64,000 bases of DNA, from contig DATDVR010000002.1 in NCBI GenBank assembly GCA_035289925.1, positions 10,590 to 74,589 of the forward strand, read 5' to 3'. Numbering within the stretch: position 1 is the stretch's first letter; each line of letters starts with the position of its first letter. The notes beneath the pieces were generated by a model. That model had not been told where the DNA came from and did not search any database. It saw only the letters and a list, made by a program, of their open reading frames with translations. The stretch is from Candidatus Nanoarchaeia archaeon. Its GTDB lineage: Archaea; Nanobdellota; Nanobdellia; SCGC-AAA011-G17; DATDVL01. This document shows positions 17,378 through 26,712 of the stretch, piece by piece. The translations under genes were made by a program, and so were the position numbers.

Positions 17378-17988
17378 AGATTTGTGTTATATTTTATAGT
17401 TTTATAACTGCTGCTTAAAACATAAGGATTCGATCTCATTTTTGAATCAACTTTAATAAGTACATATCTTAAAGCCAATGCAGGATATCTATAAGACAAA
17501 TAAGTTTCATAAAGATGCATATTTCTCAAGCTTGAATTAGCCCATTTCTGAATTAAATATGTCCATGGCAAGAACTTGTTAGTCCTTATTTTTATTTCTC
17601 TTTTTATTATTATGAATCTAGAATCTTTCATGTTTTTGTAGTAGCTTCTATCTCTTCCAATTTCAGTATTGATATCAAAATGGTCCATTGCATGAAGAGA
17701 AAATTCATGTTTCAAAAAAGGATTATGCATTCTAGTATTTGTAAAATGCGGTACTATAATTTCCAATCTTCCTCCAATCTTCAATATTCTATGAAATTCA
17801 GTTATTGTAAAAACAGCATTGTCTAAGTGAGGTAAAGTATTTTTAGAATAAATTTCATCAACAGAATTGTCTTTAAACTTTAATTTCTTGTTGACATCCA
17901 TTACATAGTCTACACCAGGTAATTTAACCAAATCTACTCCTTTGAATCCTGGTTTCTTGTCAGTGCCGCATGCAATGTCTAATTTCAT
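17365..17988 (-). CDS. Class I SAM-dependent methyltransferase
   Basis: MKLDIACGTDKKPG (motif I-like), VDEIYSKNTLPHL and ILKIGGRLEI. ORF 17365..18039 trimmed to M18, which has an A/T box (GCTTAAAAA) about 26 nt upstream. The longer start is not excluded. Confidence 0.65.
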   Translation of the reverse strand: MKLDIACGTDKKPGFKGVDLVKLPGVDYVMDVNKKLKFKDNSVDEIYSKNTLPHLDNAVFTITEFHRILKIGGRLEIIVPHFTNTRMHNPFLKHEFSLHAMDHFDINTEIGRDRSYYKNMKDSRFIIIKREIKIRTNKFLPWTYLIQKWANSSLRNMHLYETYLSYRYPALALRYVLIKVDSKMRSNPYVLSSSYKTIKYNTNLHSR

Positions 17989-18076
17989 AATAAATTTTAC
18001 AAAAAAACTGTTTTTAAGCTTTGCTAATTGAAGATACATTCATAAGATTTAAAAAAGGGCCTTAGTTATTACTACT

Positions 18077-18808
18077 ATGTTCACTTTTCGAGACATTAGA
18101 AAAAAATCTTTAAAGCCCATCTGCACTTTTGGAGAAAGGATTTATGATCCAATAGCAATTCCTTTTGTCTGGTTTTTGGCAAATTTCACCTTCATCAATC
18201 CTTACATGGTTAATTTCATTAATTTTTTATCAAGTATTTTGTCAGGTTACTTCTTTTTCAAAGGAAACATAACTGCAGGAGCTTTACTATTCGCTCTAGC
18301 TTCATTGGCAGATTTTTCAGATGGCAAATTAGCAAGGTTAAAATTCAAGCCAAGCCTTTTAGGGATGTTCACAGATTTGAATGGAGACAAAATAAGGGTT
18401 CTATTCCCATTAATAGGGTTGACAGCAGCCTATTTTAATGCAACAAACGACATTTCAATATTTTACTGGGCATTAATCTTTCTTTACACAAATTTATTTT
18501 TCCCATTTGCAGAAGCTTACATGTATTACCAATCTATGAGACGTGGTCTAACAGATAGACACATGATGGGATCTTCTTTAGACTCAAGAAAAATCAGCAA
18601 GATACGTGCATTTTTGCAAAAAAGAAGAGTTGATTTAATGTATACAACAGCAGACCAAGAGCAATTAATCTTCTTGTTATTCCCATTGTTAAGCCACTTA
18701 AATTTTGAATTTATTAAATACGGTTATATTTTAGCTACAGTAACTTACATAGTTTGGATGTTATTAGTTAGATATCCAAGGCAAGTAAGAAGAATAGTAA
18801 GTGCTTAG
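18077..18808 (+). CDS. CDP-alcohol phosphatidyltransferase-family membrane protein, paralog 1
   Basis: Complete D-x2-DG-x2-AR-x8-G-x3-D-x3-D motif: DFSDGKLARLKFKPSLLGMFTDLNGD. Polytopic. Confidence 0.8.
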   Translation: MFTFRDIRKKSLKPICTFGERIYDPIAIPFVWFLANFTFINPYMVNFINFLSSILSGYFFFKGNITAGALLFALASLADFSDGKLARLKFKPSLLGMFTDLNGDKIRVLFPLIGLTAAYFNATNDISIFYWALIFLYTNLFFPFAEAYMYYQSMRRGLTDRHMMGSSLDSRKISKIRAFLQKRRVDLMYTTADQEQLIFLLFPLLSHLNFEFIKYGYILATVTYIVWMLLVRYPRQVRRIVSA

Positions 18809-18843
18809 AAAGCTTTAAAAACACGATATAAAGGAGAAATATT

Positions 18844-19599
18844 ATGTATACCTATCAAGATTTAAAGAAAATTCAAAAACCAGTCTTGCCATTTGCAGGA
18901 CGTTTATTTGATCCAATTGCAGAACCATTAGTCCTTTTTCTTGCTAATTACACAAGAATAACTCCAACAATGCTTAATTGGGGCAATATTATAATTAGTC
19001 TTGCTTCAGCATATTATTTTTATTCAGGTGAAGTAATTTTAGGAGCAATTCTATTTGCAATAGCATTTTTATGTGACTGCATGGATGGCAATCTCGCAAG
19101 GATGAAGTTCAAAGCAAACAGATTTGGCATGTTTATGGAAGTAAATGGAGACAAGATAAGAGTTATGCTTCCATTATTAGGATTAACACATACTTATTAT
19201 TTAGCAACAAATGACATTTCAATATTTTACTGGGCATTCGCTTTTATTTCAACAAACTTATTCTTCCCATTCGCAGAGGCTTATATGGGATATCAATCAG
19301 GGAAGAAAGGTTATGAAAAAAGTTATGTAGTAACTGATGCTAATGCAGGAGCTCAATTTACAACAGGAAAGTTAGCAAGAATGAGAAATTTCCTTAGAAA
19401 AAGAAGATTTGATATTATTTATACTGGTTTAGACCAAGAAGTTGCAGCAATATTAATATTCCCATTGCTAAGTTATTTTAGTTTTGAATTAATAAAATGG
19501 GGTTTCATATTCGCAGCATTCTCCTATACTTTATGGGTTTTAATCATTAGGTACCCAAGGCAAATAAAAAATATTCTTGAAGAAGATAGGAAGAATTAA
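18844..19599 (+). CDS. CDP-alcohol phosphatidyltransferase-family membrane protein, paralog 2 (third Asp replaced by Glu)
   Basis: DCMDGNLARMKFKANRFGMFMEVNGD. Shares ATNDISIFYWA...TNLFFPFAEAYM with paralog 1. Confidence 0.75.
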   Translation: MYTYQDLKKIQKPVLPFAGRLFDPIAEPLVLFLANYTRITPTMLNWGNIIISLASAYYFYSGEVILGAILFAIAFLCDCMDGNLARMKFKANRFGMFMEVNGDKIRVMLPLLGLTHTYYLATNDISIFYWAFAFISTNLFFPFAEAYMGYQSGKKGYEKSYVVTDANAGAQFTTGKLARMRNFLRKRRFDIIYTGLDQEVAAILIFPLLSYFSFELIKWGFIFAAFSYTLWVLIIRYPRQIKNILEEDRKN

Positions 19600-19624
19600 T
19601 AAGATTATCTACTAGGTAAATAAC

Positions 19625-21223
19625 ATGAAAAAAGGAAGAATTTTATTGATGAGTCCAAATTTAAGGGGACTTCAAGATGGGATTATACGTATTCAACCAG
19701 GTTTAGGTATAGGTTATGTTGCAGCAGTTGCACGACAAATGGGACATGAAGTTTTTGTAAGAGACACTGCACTAGAAGGATATGACAAAGTTTCAGCAAT
19801 AGATGATCGTACAATTGGCGTTGGAGAATCAGATAAAGACATTGCAGATTATATTTCAAATGTTCACCCAGATGTTTTAGGTATATCAGTTTTATTTTCA
19901 AATTTAATAGACTCTGGTCATAATATTGCTAGAATTGCAAAAGAAGTAAATCCAAAAATTAAGGTAATTATTGGCGGTAACCATGTAAGCAATGCCAGTC
20001 TTGATTTTATTGTTGCTCAAGATCCTACTTCAGGTTTGCCTAAAAGGTTCCCAGATATTGAAAATAAAAATGTTGATTATGCAATGCGTGGAGAAGTTGA
20101 TTTCTTATCAGGAGAATTATTTGATGCAATAATAAATGAAAGAGATCCTACTAATATAGATGGTTTAATTTTTAAAAAGAAAGAACATACAGGTCCAAAA
20201 GTAGAAGGGCAAAAAGTTATTAAATTAAATAATCAAGAGTCTATTTTTATTAACAAAAAAACAAAAGTTGCAAATTTGACAAGCTTACCATCCCCAGCAA
20301 GAGACTTGATGAACATGGAAGGCTATTTCAAAATAGCAAGATTTCATTCTGCAAAATCAAAATCAGACAGAGTATTGAATGTAATGTGCTCTCGTGGATG
20401 CCCAGAGCATTGTACTTTCTGTACAACTCCCGAACAATTTGGACAAACTGTAAGGTGGAGAGATCCTCAAAATATCTATAATGAAATAAAATGGGGCATT
20501 GATAATCTAAAAATTGGTGAAGTCCAGTTTGAAGATGACAGTTTAACAGCACATAGAGTAAATTTAGAAAAATTATGTACTTTAATCGAGCCTTTAGGAA
20601 TTTTATGGTGTACTCCAAATGGTACAAAAGTAAATTACCAACAAGGTGGCGGAATGGAAGGTGGAGTCTTCAAAAAACAACTAGAGATGTACAAAAGAAT
20701 GAAAGCTTCAGGTTGTTACAGTATAACTTTAGCTTGCGAAAGTGGTTCCCAAAGAGTATTGGATAAAATTATAGGTAAAAGATTGAACTTAGAAGATGTT
20801 GCTCCTGCAATAGAAGCAGCAAAGAAAGCGGATCTTTATGTTCATACTTTCTGGGTTGTAGGATTCCCAGGAGAAACAAGGGAAGAAATGGAACAAACTA
20901 TTGAATTTGCTAAAAAAACAGGTGCAGACAGCTATTCATTAGCAATTTTAAGTCCACTGCCAGGAACCCCAATTTATCATCAAGTTATGAGAGAAAAACT
21001 TTGGTGGAATCAAGAAGATAATTTAGAGCACTTAATGTACAGAAATTCATTAGTCAAAGTAGACGGATTTAAAGATGGAGTTGAATTCCAAAGATGGGTA
21101 GATACTAAACAAAAAGAATTAAACTTGTTACTTAAAATAAAAGATCCTAAAAAATTCGAAGATAACTACAGCAGGGGCGGCAGAATTTTAATAGAAGATA
21201 AAAACTTATTAAGACAAGGTTAG
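19625..21223 (+). CDS. Cobalamin-binding (class B) radical SAM enzyme, Fom3-like methyltransferase candidate
   Basis: N-terminal B12-binding-type domain (RILLMSPN...GLGIGYVAAVARQMGHEV...ISVLFSN). Radical SAM motif CSRGCPEHCTFC (Cx3Cx2C). 532 aa. Last gene of the plus-strand phosphonate operon. Confidence 0.8.
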   Translation: MKKGRILLMSPNLRGLQDGIIRIQPGLGIGYVAAVARQMGHEVFVRDTALEGYDKVSAIDDRTIGVGESDKDIADYISNVHPDVLGISVLFSNLIDSGHNIARIAKEVNPKIKVIIGGNHVSNASLDFIVAQDPTSGLPKRFPDIENKNVDYAMRGEVDFLSGELFDAIINERDPTNIDGLIFKKKEHTGPKVEGQKVIKLNNQESIFINKKTKVANLTSLPSPARDLMNMEGYFKIARFHSAKSKSDRVLNVMCSRGCPEHCTFCTTPEQFGQTVRWRDPQNIYNEIKWGIDNLKIGEVQFEDDSLTAHRVNLEKLCTLIEPLGILWCTPNGTKVNYQQGGGMEGGVFKKQLEMYKRMKASGCYSITLACESGSQRVLDKIIGKRLNLEDVAPAIEAAKKADLYVHTFWVVGFPGETREEMEQTIEFAKKTGADSYSLAILSPLPGTPIYHQVMREKLWWNQEDNLEHLMYRNSLVKVDGFKDGVEFQRWVDTKQKELNLLLKIKDPKKFEDNYSRGGRILIEDKNLLRQG

Positions 21224-22137
21224 CTAAACTCTTTTCTTCCGTAATTTTCAAATAAGCCATCAAACAATCCTATTAAGAACCATTTGGTGCTCTTAAATTT
21301 CAATTTGACAATCCTTCTTAACAAATTAGATGGAGTTGCAAAGAAAAACAGGTATAGGAAGAAGAAAAATTTATCTGAAAACCTTGCATGCTTCTCCATT
21401 ACCAATATTCTATTCCTTGTTGTGTAATAGTCAAATATAATTCTGGTTGGTTGTGATCTCCCACCTTTATGCCAAACTTTGGCTTTTGGAGCAATTAATA
21501 CTTTATATCCAGCATTTTTAACTCTTAATTGATAATCTAGAGCTTCATAATATACAAATATATTATCATCATAAAATCCTACTTTTTTTATCTTGTCAAC
21601 ATCGTACATCACAGAGCCAGCCCATACATATTCAGCTTCTTTTATGTGGTCAAACTGTCCTTTGTCTTCTGCTTCTCCAAAAGTGCAGACTAATCTTCCA
21701 GTTCTCCATACCATTTTTCTTGCAACGCTCATCAATAGGTTTCTTTTTTCAAAATCATAATATTTAGAACCTACTGCAGCCGCTTTCTTGTTTTTCTGAA
21801 TAACATTCACCATTTCATTCAAGCAATTTCTGTCAATCTCAACGTCATTGTTCATTATCCAGACATACTTGAAGCCGTTGTTTATTGCATAATTTATTCC
21901 TACGTTGTTGCCTCCGCTGCATCCTAAGTTTCCATTGTTGAAAATATGTATAACTTTGGGATATTTCTTCTTCAAGTAAACAAATCCTTTGTTGTCTTTA
22001 GAGTTGTCAGCAATTAATATTTTAAAATTCTTGTAGTTCAGTTTAGAAGCTGTTTTTATAAAATCCTCAGTATCAGGCAAATTATTGTAGTTTAAAGTTA
22101 CAATCAAGACTTTAGGTTTTTTCATAAAATTATTCAA
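21220..22137 (-). CDS. GT2 glycosyltransferase (rhamnosyltransferase/WbbL-like)
   Basis: KVLIVTLNYNN start and NNDVEI (DxD-like), 305 aa. Confidence 0.8.
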   Translation of the reverse strand: MNNFMKKPKVLIVTLNYNNLPDTEDFIKTASKLNYKNFKILIADNSKDNKGFVYLKKKYPKVIHIFNNGNLGCSGGNNVGINYAINNGFKYVWIMNNDVEIDRNCLNEMVNVIQKNKKAAAVGSKYYDFEKRNLLMSVARKMVWRTGRLVCTFGEAEDKGQFDHIKEAEYVWAGSVMYDVDKIKKVGFYDDNIFVYYEALDYQLRVKNAGYKVLIAPKAKVWHKGGRSQPTRIIFDYYTTRNRILVMEKHARFSDKFFFFLYLFFFATPSNLLRRIVKLKFKSTKWFLIGLFDGLFENYGRKEFS

Positions 22138-22155
22138 TAAAATCCTTTTATAAAT

Positions 22156-23547
22156 CTACTGAACCTTTAAGACATATATCTTTTCGCCATTTAATTGCTT
22201 GTCAAACTTGTACATTTTTAGTACATCTTCTTTTTCGAGCCAGTCTAGTCTAGAGTCCAATATAGAAATCACTTTAGGCTTCTCTTTTTTTATGGTTTGA
22301 ATCAAGTCTGTTCTCTTCAAGTATCCATTGTTGAAGGCATAAGCTGAAGTGTCGTACCATTTTCCAGGCTTATTTCTGTCAGCATAGAAGTTTATGGCGC
22401 TATTATCAACCAAAACAGTATCATTAGCATTCGTTATTGACTTTATATAGTCAGCAACTTCCTTTATCTCTGCATGTTCTTCAGGATAATGCAAAATTTG
22501 CTTGCTAAATTGGGTTAAAAATCCTAAAGCAAATAGATTTAGTATAACAAAAACCAAAAATACGTGGTAGATTTTATTTTTAGATATTTCCTTGAAGCTA
22601 ATTCTTATCTTTATTATCTCAGCAGCAGCAATCAGGCACAAAAAGGGAACAAATATTACAACATAATGCGTTCCAAACATCTTTATTGATATCAAGAACA
22701 ATGCAAATGCCAAGGTTGCAAATGAAACAAGCTTGTGATTGTCAGCAACATCTTCTTTTTTCACAATTTTTACTATGGTATATACAGCAAGCGCTATCCC
22801 AAGCAGGTAAAATGGATTTATTATCACAAGAATTGCCATGTATTTTTCAGTTGCAGAAAAGCTTGAAGGATAATTTACAAAAGTCATTAATTGATTTATG
22901 AAGCTAAAAGATCCAGTTTGTAAATACAAAAACATTGTCATCAAAAGTGTGAACAAAGCTCCTCCAATGATATAATGAGCAATCACTTTCCTGTTTCTAT
23001 AGAAAAGCATGAAAGCCAAGGTAGCAATCACAAAGTATCCAAAAGACTGCTTAGTAAATACTGCAGCTGCAATTGCAATTCCAGCAAATAAATACTTCAA
23101 ATTATTTCCTTCTTTGGTTATTAAATAAAAAGATAATAACAAGAACGGCACTCCAATATAATCAACATAGTATCCATTCCTGACAAATTCAGGTGAAATC
23201 AAAAATAGTAAAGAAGCAATTAATCCTACTCTAACGCTTTTCATTTTTCCAATCAAAAATAGTATGAAAGCTGAAAGTATTGCCATCAAATTAGAAAATA
23301 TTGAGCCAACAACTAAACTTTTTCCAAATATTGTCATGAACAATGCCATAAGATAATGTCCTAAAGGAGGATAGACATGGTAAAAATCTTTGTAAGGAAC
23401 TTCACCATTTGACATCTGCAGCGCAATGTAACTTTGCTGAGCTCCACTCCAGTAAGGCCCTACTGTATTCTCGATGTTTACAAATCTTGCTCCAGCTACA
23501 AGTATTAAAATTATTACAAGCACCCAATCAATCTTGCTAAGCTTCAT
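22156..23547 (-). CDS. GT-C fold membrane glycosyltransferase, ArnT/PMT-like (1 of 3)
   Basis: 463 aa with about 11 TM helices. First-loop motif YKDFYHVYPPLGHY and a C-terminal soluble domain. Confidence 0.6.
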   Translation of the reverse strand: MKLSKIDWVLVIILILVAGARFVNIENTVGPYWSGAQQSYIALQMSNGEVPYKDFYHVYPPLGHYLMALFMTIFGKSLVVGSIFSNLMAILSAFILFLIGKMKSVRVGLIASLLFLISPEFVRNGYYVDYIGVPFLLLSFYLITKEGNNLKYLFAGIAIAAAVFTKQSFGYFVIATLAFMLFYRNRKVIAHYIIGGALFTLLMTMFLYLQTGSFSFINQLMTFVNYPSSFSATEKYMAILVIINPFYLLGIALAVYTIVKIVKKEDVADNHKLVSFATLAFALFLISIKMFGTHYVVIFVPFLCLIAAAEIIKIRISFKEISKNKIYHVFLVFVILNLFALGFLTQFSKQILHYPEEHAEIKEVADYIKSITNANDTVLVDNSAINFYADRNKPGKWYDTSAYAFNNGYLKRTDLIQTIKKEKPKVISILDSRLDWLEKEDVLKMYKFDKQLNGEKIYVLKVQ

Positions 23548-24802
23548 TGTACAAGTATTTCCTTACTGCTTTATATGCTTCTTCTGGTTTTATAACCTGC
23601 AAGCAGACATTGTTGCTGCATACAGATAGTTTATGGTTGAATGTTCCAATGCATGGGCTGCACGCAAAATCAGAATATAATACAGTGACTTTCTTTCCTA
23701 TAGGTTTGTATTCTTTCAATGGAGTTGGTCCAAAAAATGCAACAATCGGAACTTTAGATGCAGATATGAAGTTTGTTGCTCCACCGTCATTTGAAATAAA
23801 CAGGTCTGCAATGTTTCCAAAGTCGATCAATTCTCTTAAAGTAAGTTCAACTGCGAAGCATCTTTCATTTTTTATTGTTTCTATTATGAAGCTTACCTCG
23901 TCATTTGATCTTAAGGCATTCAATTCTCCTTTTATTTCTGAAACTGCAAGCTTTGAAGGAGTTTTTTCAAGTACAACATAAACATTTTCATCTTTGAGCA
24001 TCTTCCTTATCAATGAAATGTAGTGAGTCAAAGGCCACTTCCTCAATGTTAATAATTTTGTAGTAGGGCTTACAATAACAATTTTGCTTTTTTCATTTAT
24101 TTTAATGTTTTTTTCTTTTAATTTCTTCCACAAGTCCTGTTTAGCTTTCTGAGATGTAAATACTGGAGGAGTTTCAAGTTCATCTTCGCTGATATGTCTC
24201 TTTCCAAGAGGATATTCTTCTTTAGGTGCTTTCAAGGCATAGACCATTGACAAAAACCCAACTCCAAGGTGATGATTTGTGTTATATGTTATTTTATGCG
24301 TCAAGAAATCTCCCCTGTAAAGCCCTTCCATGTTAAAATTATAGAACCCGACTCTTGTAGGAGCTCCGCTCAAGTAAGTTATCAGGCTTGTAAATCTTGA
24401 AAACAGTTCCAAATCAATTATCACATCAACATTATTTCTTCTTGCCCATGAAATGAATTTTATAGTGTCCCATGTTAGAAGAAAAAAGTTCTTGCTTCTT
24501 ATTGTCAATATGTTTTTTTCAGGTAAATAGCCAAAAGCTTTCAAGCTTACTTCTAATTCCTTGAATATCAGGAAATATGCTTCAGTATTTGGATAAAACT
24601 GCTTGAATTTCTTTATTGCAGAGTAAGCCAATACAGTGCTTCCCATCTCAGACAATTCAATAAATACCGCTTTTCTTATTTGTCTGTTCGTATCATCTTT
24701 TACAAATCCTAAAAATTTATTTAAAGAATGAAAAACAGAAAGTAAAAAGCACAGAGGTATGCCTACATACTTGTCAATTTTAACCATTAAACTCATTTTC
24801 AT
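23537..24802 (-). CDS. GT9 glycosyltransferase (heptosyltransferase-like)
   Basis: C-terminal LFISNDGGATNFISASKVPIVAFFGPT matches the GT9 D(S/G)G..H.A.A...P.v.lFG.t signature. Confidence 0.75.
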   Translation of the reverse strand: MKMSLMVKIDKYVGIPLCFLLSVFHSLNKFLGFVKDDTNRQIRKAVFIELSEMGSTVLAYSAIKKFKQFYPNTEAYFLIFKELEVSLKAFGYLPEKNILTIRSKNFFLLTWDTIKFISWARRNNVDVIIDLELFSRFTSLITYLSGAPTRVGFYNFNMEGLYRGDFLTHKITYNTNHHLGVGFLSMVYALKAPKEEYPLGKRHISEDELETPPVFTSQKAKQDLWKKLKEKNIKINEKSKIVIVSPTTKLLTLRKWPLTHYISLIRKMLKDENVYVVLEKTPSKLAVSEIKGELNALRSNDEVSFIIETIKNERCFAVELTLRELIDFGNIADLFISNDGGATNFISASKVPIVAFFGPTPLKEYKPIGKKVTVLYSDFACSPCIGTFNHKLSVCSNNVCLQVIKPEEAYKAVRKYLYNEA

Positions 24803-24803
24803 T

Positions 24804-25541
24804 TTATTTCACGTAATTTAAACTCTTCAAAGTACCAAAAAGACTTCTTACTGCTAGCAATGGAAGTAATATAGCGTAAACAATTATCAATTTGTCAATG
24901 AATCCAAAAATTCCAGCCCATAAAACCAAGCTTAAATTATTAGGTCTCAATATTTCATGTAAAAATTCTACAAATTTGTTCTTCTTTCTCTCAACATTCT
25001 GTGAATAATACTTTTTTATCTCGTCAAACTTCTGATATTGGCACAAAGCTTCGTATTTTTTCAATTTATACAGATTATCTAATAAAATTCCAAGAGTTGC
25101 TGCAAATCCAGCGTACAAATACCAAATATCTCCATAAGTATTGTATGCCCACAATCCCATGCAGGTCATTATTAATCCTCTATGAGTGTAATGTCCTATA
25201 ATATCCAGATAAGCTCCTTTCAAATATGCATTTTTATCCTTTAAGTTCTTGAATCTTGCCAATTCTCCATCCAATAAATCAGACAATAAAGCAATCTGGT
25301 AAACTACCATCCCAATCAATCCAAAAGTATAGCCTCCTGGAATCAACAATAAACATCCAATTATTCCCAAAGATATCCAGAAAGCTGTTATCTGGTTAGG
25401 TGTTATCTTAGTTCTTATCAAAAGACAGGTTATGTAGACAGAAATCTTCCTGTAAGCCCACATGTTCCAGCTCCAGTTCTTGCTTACTTCTTTAGAATGG
25501 ACTACGCTCTTTAATTCAGCTAAGGTTGGATACTTATTCAT
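24804..25541 (-). CDS. Divergent CDP-alcohol phosphatidyltransferase-family membrane protein, paralog 3
   Basis: DLLDGELAR-(12 aa)-GAYLDIIGH. The spacer is longer and the last Asp is replaced by His. Confidence 0.6.
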   Translation of the reverse strand: MNKYPTLAELKSVVHSKEVSKNWSWNMWAYRKISVYITCLLIRTKITPNQITAFWISLGIIGCLLLIPGGYTFGLIGMVVYQIALLSDLLDGELARFKNLKDKNAYLKGAYLDIIGHYTHRGLIMTCMGLWAYNTYGDIWYLYAGFAATLGILLDNLYKLKKYEALCQYQKFDEIKKYYSQNVERKKNKFVEFLHEILRPNNLSLVLWAGIFGFIDKLIIVYAILLPLLAVRSLFGTLKSLNYVK

Positions 25542-25638
25542 TATTTATAGCCACTTAAAAGAACCTTTTAAAACTTACGATTTTCAAGTCTTTTTGGTTA
25601 ATAAGTTATATAAACCACATTTTAAGGCATAAAATATC

Positions 25639-26712
25639 ATGATAGGAACAATAATCTTGGTTTTGATAATATTTATAGTTGTATTTCTGCAGTTTCTATA
25701 CTCGCCATTATTAGATTTTTTTATAGGCAATAAAATATTGATTAGAAAAAAGCAGGTTCTTCCAGTTTCAATAATTATTCCAGCTTATAATGAGGAAAAA
25801 TACATCGCAAGAAAGATAAAAAACTTGAAAGAACTGGATTATCCAAAAAAAAAGTTTGAAATAATAGTTGTTGACAATGGTTCAAAAGATAATACTGTAA
25901 AAATTGCCAAAAAATTAGGTGTTAAAGTCTTGACTTCGGAAAGAGGAAAGACAAATGCATTAAATATGGGAATAAAATCAGCAAAATACAATATTGTAGC
26001 AATGACAGATGCAGACACAACATTATCAAAAAATGTTTTAAGAAGCTGCGTTGAATTGATTCATAACGATGTTGCAGCAGTCTCTGCTTTCACCAAGGTT
26101 ATACCTAAAGATCTTTATTATTTTGAAGCAAAAAACAGATATCACGAAGAAGACTGGCAGTTAAGGCACAAGGAAGGAATGCTTGACACTACCTGCAGCT
26201 TGGATGGAAAATTTATTATGTTCAACAAACAGCATTTTCAAGAATTTCCTAAGAATACAATATGCGATGACTTTGTAATAACATTAGAATTGAGAAAAAA
26301 AGGATTTAGAAGCGTAGTTGATCCTGATTCAATAGTTTTTGAAGAATGCCCTTCATCAATCTCAGAAGAATTAAAGCAGATAAGAAGAAGAGTCGGTTTA
26401 GGATTAGATACTGTCTTCACAAAAGATGTCATCTCAATGCTTTTCAATCACGGTTATTTCGGAAATTTAATTTTGCCTGCAAGAAGATTCTTGTCTTTGA
26501 TAGTTCCTTTATTCGGATTGTATATAACAATTTATCTTTTCATAAAATTAAACGCGTTTATAGCTTTGGCAATAATCTTGCTTGGATTTATCTTATTGTC
26601 AATCTCAATGCCCTACACTTTGTTGCAGCTTCTAGGCGCTTCATTAGGATGGTTAGACTTATTTTTAGGCAACATCAACAAAACAACATACTGGCAAAAA
26701 GTAAAAAGTTAA
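25639..26712 (+). CDS. Membrane-anchored GT2 glycosyltransferase
   Basis: VSIIIPAYNEEKYI, TDADT (DxD), QIRRR (Q/RxxRW-like), flanking TM helices. Confidence 0.8.
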   Translation: MIGTIILVLIIFIVVFLQFLYSPLLDFFIGNKILIRKKQVLPVSIIIPAYNEEKYIARKIKNLKELDYPKKKFEIIVVDNGSKDNTVKIAKKLGVKVLTSERGKTNALNMGIKSAKYNIVAMTDADTTLSKNVLRSCVELIHNDVAAVSAFTKVIPKDLYYFEAKNRYHEEDWQLRHKEGMLDTTCSLDGKFIMFNKQHFQEFPKNTICDDFVITLELRKKGFRSVVDPDSIVFEECPSSISEELKQIRRRVGLGLDTVFTKDVISMLFNHGYFGNLILPARRFLSLIVPLFGLYITIYLFIKLNAFIALAIILLGFILLSISMPYTLLQLLGASLGWLDLFLGNINKTTYWQKVKS

